A DNA stretch of 54,312 nt, counting the filler, from Sphacelaria rigidula (taxonomy: Eukaryota): the NCBI GenBank assembly GCA_964200075.2. It is 5 parts of 5 records of this genome, joined end to end, with 100 filler letters (N's around TTAATTAATTAA, not from the genome) between each part and the next. Parts side by side here need not be neighbours in the genome. Positions count along the whole stretch, not along the records: positions 43,532 to 54,312 come from CAXNAA020005924.1; 4 more parts are not named here. The stretch is one strand, 5' to 3'. Under the pieces are notes generated by a model. The model had not been told where the DNA came from, ran no database searches, and was given only the letters and a program-made list of their open reading frames with translations. Shown here piece after piece: positions 50,201 through 54,312 of this stretch (within the stretch, counting starts at the first letter, position 1; each line of letters starts with the position of its first letter). A program made the position numbers and the translations under genes.

Positions 50201-53200
50201 GAACGCACAAGTCGCCGAACTGTCCAAGAGCATCGAAACGCACCATTTGTTACTACTACTCTCTAGACTGCTTTTATTTATTTTGCCGATTTTCATCTGT
50301 AAATTTCGGACCCCGTTGTCGTGTAGAGTTCAGCATGTACTGTGGGTTTTTATGCAGCCTGCGAGGTGTTGAGTATCGTTTGGCGCCAATCATGACTGCC
50401 GTCACACGGCCGCGTTCGAAAATATTTCCCCGTCGATAAACGTAGATGACCTCCGTCGACACCGTCAGATAGCTAAAGATGCGTCGAAACCCAGCCGCTC
50501 AAACAGCGACCCCGCATCGGTATTCTTGATACCCTCATTCTCCTCCCCGAGAGGAACAGTTGCGACACCTGCGTGTGCCCCGCATTTACAAGCAAAATAG
50601 CGACGTTCGGCTGCGCTTTCTTCCGCTGCCAGGTTTTTTTTCTTGTCTAACGACGAGCTGTTGGAGATCCTTTCCCAGACCAGAGATCCACGGGCCGTGC
50701 AACCGCACATGTCCAAGTGCTTTGACGCTATCAAGAGCATACGCTTCGGAGAGGATTCCGCCGCGCACGATATATTCGGATTTCAGGTGAAGAGTACAGA
50801 AAAAAGCGGATTGCATCTACACAATTGCGTGATGTTTTGCACTTCCGAAGTTCGGGTTCCCTGCGAAGACACGAATAAATGAGTTTTACCTTGGCGCCAT
50901 TCGAATTCCAGTATAGGAGGAACCTTGCGATCATGGGAGTATCGAATTTTTGCAACTGACATGGGATACAAAACATCTCGCCTCTCGTGCTGACAGCCAC
51001 ACCCAGGCCTGTGTTTCCCAACTGAGAACGCTCCTGGTATTTGAAAGCTGATACTGGGATCCTGAGTAAAGCACAACACGTATTGGCGATAGGGAAGTTT
51101 TGAGAGAGACCGGACGGTAAAATTCGTCAGGAATTTTGCCTTCCGGTTCTTGAATGTTTTGCCATTGCCAGTAAAAAGGCCCAAGAAAAGCACATGCAGG
51201 CGCAGACGTAGTAACCAGGGCCGACGAGAGATGTAGTAGAAGCTGGCGCCGAAATTTTCAGTGTAAACCGTGGGAATTCAGCGAGCCCCCTTAACAGCTG
51301 ATGTACTTCGGCCACCAGTGATTTTCGCCGATGCGCGACTGCCTATGATACGTTTCCCCGTTTCGATGCCAAACCTAACAGCGCCTACTTCAAACAGCCG
51401 ATGTCTAAGGGCATGCAGTGCCCTATTGGGCTAAACCCGCCGCTCCGTTTCATTCGTTTTTTCGAGGCACGAGCTGCCCTTCGTCGATGTGCAAAATTAG
51501 CGTAGCCAATTTTTCCCTACCCTGTCCCCCAAGCATTGCTGAACTTCGAGAACCGACTTATAACCACAAGAAACTCTGCACGGTCAGGATCCTGGGGGTG
51601 AGTACGTGGCGTTTACACGAGAAGAGGTGACAGCAGAAGGACCCGTGGAGTCGTGGCTAGTCCAGGTAAACGCGTATCGCTTAGGCCCCGTTAAAGCATA
51701 AATGCGGGAGATACGCCCCGGCTAGACCCGTGTTGATGATTAGAGCGATATGTGGTGTACAACAACGTGTTTCTACGCGTGCGAGCGAGCTTGTACATGA
51801 GACGAATTTTCTTCATGGGATTTGGGTTTCATTCGGAGGACATGTTCGCACTTTGATGGCTGCAGAAGTTGACGCATTAGGCTCACGTATAAATGCGGCG
51901 AACAGGAGAAGCAGCGCGTGCTGTATCCATTACCTGTGAGCAACATGTTGTTATCCGGCGGTGTGTGTATGAAAGCTGCGGCTTGACATAGAAAATGCGG
52001 TACAGCAGGTACTTTTCCTGATGATAACCGCGGCCACGAAACCCGCGTCAAAGCAGGGGCTTGTACCACCCACTACTGCACGACCACAAGGTGTCTCTAG
52101 TTCAAGAGCAGCGGCAAGTTTTTCGAATGAAAAGGCACCTTTCACCGCTTGCACGTATGGCACGCATCGAGTGCAGTTTTCGACGACGTCATCGTGTACG
52201 CTGTTGCTTCGCCAGGTGGAGCAAGCGATGCGTGATGCCTTGTACGATCAGGCAAAGCGAGCAGTTAACGAGTACCCCAGAGATAAGGAAGAGTCCATCA
52301 GGAGGGACAAATGGCTGTGGGACTACCCTGCCCAGGTGAAGTTTCCTACCGGGGTAACGGTGAAATGTTGCGTCATCGATCAGGGCACATTCCCGACTGT
52401 TTCCCCGTGATAGAATGGAGGATTAATACCAGCCTTCAATTGATTTTCTTCTCCTGTTTTGTGTGTGCGTTTTTTTTTGCCCTTTTTTTTCAGCTTCTAC
52501 TAAGGCCCATTATCATCGACACTGTTTTCTCGGATATGTATGTCCCTCGTCGGGACAGGCAAGGTACCTGATAATTCTCGAATGCTTGCGAGCGCCACGG
52601 CGTATTCACGAGGCAGCTCTCCGAAGCGCTGCGTTGCAGTCCGAATTTTTCGGACTTCTCCAAAAATGAAGCTTCGGAGAAAAAATCAAGCTGCTTCATT
52701 GTCGGAAAAATCTGAACCCAGGATCCGAAAACTCTCAAAATGTTTGACATCTCTGAGGAAAACAGCGTCGATAATAATGGGCACGAGACGATTCTTTTTT
52801 TTTCGGTTTACTCAGCTCTGATTTTTTTTCTTTTGTCTTTCTCCTTTCTCGAGGTTCCCTTCAAAGACGTGTTTCCGATGCGTCTCCGATCTGTGTACCT
52901 TGGACACGTCTATCGTGCGAGTACAGGTCGATTTCTCGAGGATCAGTGTAGATGTGTGCGGCTATCACTCAATCAATCAACCAACCAGTATTTCATTTTT
53001 CAATCAACCCATCAACGGCATTTATTTTGAACCGGAAAGGGCGTACGGTCCCAGTCGCCTCGAGAGGGGAAGGTGAAGCTCGGATCTTCGTGCTCTGTTG
53101 AACCACTCCGCTCTCGGAGTACCGCAAGTGTCATTTACGGATACTCCTAAATATTTGTCAGCAAGAAGCATGAAGTTTGCCGTTGGTTATGTTGCTATCT

Positions 53201-54083
53201 CAGGGGCGGTGGTGTCGATCATGTAGACTATGTTTGAAGCCGCAATATTGACATGACCGTACTGCGCCCCAAAGTGTCTTGCCAGGTGGTAAAGTCTACA
53301 CTGTTCTGTCCCTACATCATCCAAGTGACCTCAACGATTCCAATGCACACCTCGATGTAAGCTCCTACAGCAGAGTTTGTTTTCACCGTCGTATTCTAAA
53401 CCCCTCCCCTTTCTGGAGACGAGTCCGTAGACCCAAAATATCAGCTCAACTCTCTCCCGATACACGCCTGAACCATTTCGTATCGTGGATTAGGTTACCA
53501 CCCTCACACCGCGTCGACGTCGGTCATGTCGTTCTCCGCAACTCCCTCCCTCCCGTTTTTGAAGACTAAAACCAAATATCCCTCAGGAACAAAAAAAACA
53601 TGTAACGTTGTATCTGTTGGGAACCGAAGCTCCTGTAATAAACCAACGGAGCGCGGCGGCAATATATAACGTATAAGTGTTGTCGCAAAAAACGACCTAT
53701 TGGAGGAAACCTTCGCCTTCATCTAGCATACGACATCCCAGCCACTGGGCGGGTTTCAAAGCTGGCTACAAACAGCCCTAGGATGCTCACCGTGGGTTTT
53801 TCCCATCCACCCCAACCACTCGTCTATTCTGTAATCAGGTGGTAATCGTGGTGGACGAGATAATGTGGACCGGAAACCTGGGTTCGTCCATCCTGCGGGT
53901 ACAGCAATCGGGGGGTAATGCGATGACCGATCATGCTGTTCTAGGTAACGCCCTCGAGAGGCTACCTCAGGACGGAGAATTCATGGGGGAGGGCGATGCA
54001 AGGGAAGCTGTGTCTGACTTTCTGGAGTACAGCCTCACGCAGATCGAGGCCATGATTGACCTCGTCCGAGGGGATTTGAACAA
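45243..54083 (+). CDS. Axonemal dynein heavy chain (inner-arm DNAH1/DNAH6-like), partial: DHC_N2/linker region, 11 exons
   Basis: Exons 45243-45365, 46487-46639, 47031-47135, 48031-48084, 48795-48962, 49547-49627, 50096-50172, 50633-50786, 51588-51665, 52216-52335, 53839-54083. All are AG/GT bounded and phase-compatible (~452 aa). Diagnostic motifs: [96 protein letters not shown]. Both ends are missing. Confidence 0.95.
46487..46639 (+). CDS. Dynein heavy chain exon
   Basis: ctag|GCT...AAG|gtaagg; [11 protein letters not shown]...[11 protein letters not shown]. Confidence 0.9.
47031..47135 (+). CDS. Dynein heavy chain exon
   Basis: GWEETAF...[17 protein letters not shown]; ag/gt bounded. 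Confidence 0.9.
47170..47641 (-). mobile_element. SINE family A with long (CA)n tail, in a dynein intron
   Basis: Reverse complement of family A; TG/TGCG microsatellite 47170-47300. Confidence 0.85.
48031..48084 (+). CDS. Dynein heavy chain exon
   Basis: ccag|[18 protein letters not shown]|gtgag. Confidence 0.88.
48795..48962 (+). CDS. Dynein heavy chain exon
   Basis: VEAWEKRL...[35 protein letters not shown]. Confidence 0.93.
49547..49627 (+). CDS. Dynein heavy chain exon
   Basis: gcag|[27 protein letters not shown]|gttag; fills the expected gap between flanking exons, phase 0/0. Confidence 0.82.
50096..50172 (+). CDS. Dynein heavy chain exon
   Basis: [25 protein letters not shown](R); phase-2 donor gtaacc. 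Confidence 0.9.
50633..50786 (+). CDS. Dynein heavy chain exon
   Basis: (R)[36 protein letters not shown]. Confidence 0.93.
51588..51665 (+). CDS. Dynein heavy chain exon
   Basis: [26 protein letters not shown]; ag/gt bounded. Confidence 0.9.
52216..52335 (+). CDS. Dynein heavy chain exon
   Basis: VEQAMRDAL...[11 protein letters not shown]. Confidence 0.92.
52505..52782. mobile_element. MITE in a dynein intron
   Basis: ~35-bp imperfect TIR gcccattatcatcgacactgttttctcggatatgt / acatctctgaggaaaacagcgtcgataataatgggc. Confidence 0.75.
53839..54083 (+). CDS. Dynein heavy chain exon
   Basis: [11 protein letters not shown]...[14 protein letters not shown]; donor gtgaga. Confidence 0.9.
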
Positions 54084-54221
54084 GTGAGAGGCGCGTAGCT
54101 TCGTCACACCGTCGCACTCGCGAAACCTAGAGCTACGATAGATCTCGTTCAAAGAAATAAGTTCAAGTGAGAGATATATTATGCAGACTCGACTATTTGA
54201 ACGTGAAAGCGGTATCCTTGA

Positions 54222-54222
54222 G

Positions 54223-54283
<61 letters not shown>
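54222..54283 (-). repeat. (CAA)n microsatellite, probable retroelement tail
   Basis: Reverse strand reads ttaatgtgaagacaacaacaac..., resembling the RTE-like tail ttaatgtgcgac + repeat. Confidence 0.9.
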
Positions 54284-54312
54284 CTTCACATTAAAAAAAA
54301 CGTTTCGATATC

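Noticed and set aside
27849..54083. Functional cluster of phosphatase, glycosyltransferase, ankyrin protein and dynein
   Set aside because: The genes lie on three different contigs that are adjacent only because of length sorting.

Overview
Eukaryotic, intron-rich, roughly balanced-GC DNA. The GT-AG multi-exon genes, flagellar dynein, dense SINE/LINE/MITE content and TTAGGG-like motifs are consistent with a brown alga or other stramenopile; this is an inference, not a database result. The window is not one locus. It is five contigs (1-10784, 10885-21667, 21768-32549, 32650-43431, 43532-54312; lengths 10784, 10783, 10782, 10782, 10781) joined by identical 100-bp N44-TTAATTAATTAA-N44 spacers, i.e. 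a length-sorted concatenation, so synteny across spacers is meaningless. Supported genes, all partial: an 11-exon piece of an axonemal dynein heavy chain (contig 5, +); a 7-exon ankyrin-repeat protein with a very long Ala/Thr/Pro insertion (contig 4, -); a GT4-type glycosyltransferase (contig 3, +) head-to-head with a probable MKP-like phosphatase first exon (-). The rest is mobile DNA: a tRNA-derived SINE (5 copies), RTE-like LINE 3' ends with microsatellite tails, a ~320-bp poly-C-bounded element sharing its 3' end with a LINE-like fragment, TTAA (piggyBac-type) MITEs, a foldback element, and up to three unrelated elements filled with ~41-44-bp hairpin arrays (CRISPR-like in appearance, but without unique spacers). 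No intact transposase, reverse transcriptase, rRNA, true tRNA or CRISPR-Cas system could be supported.
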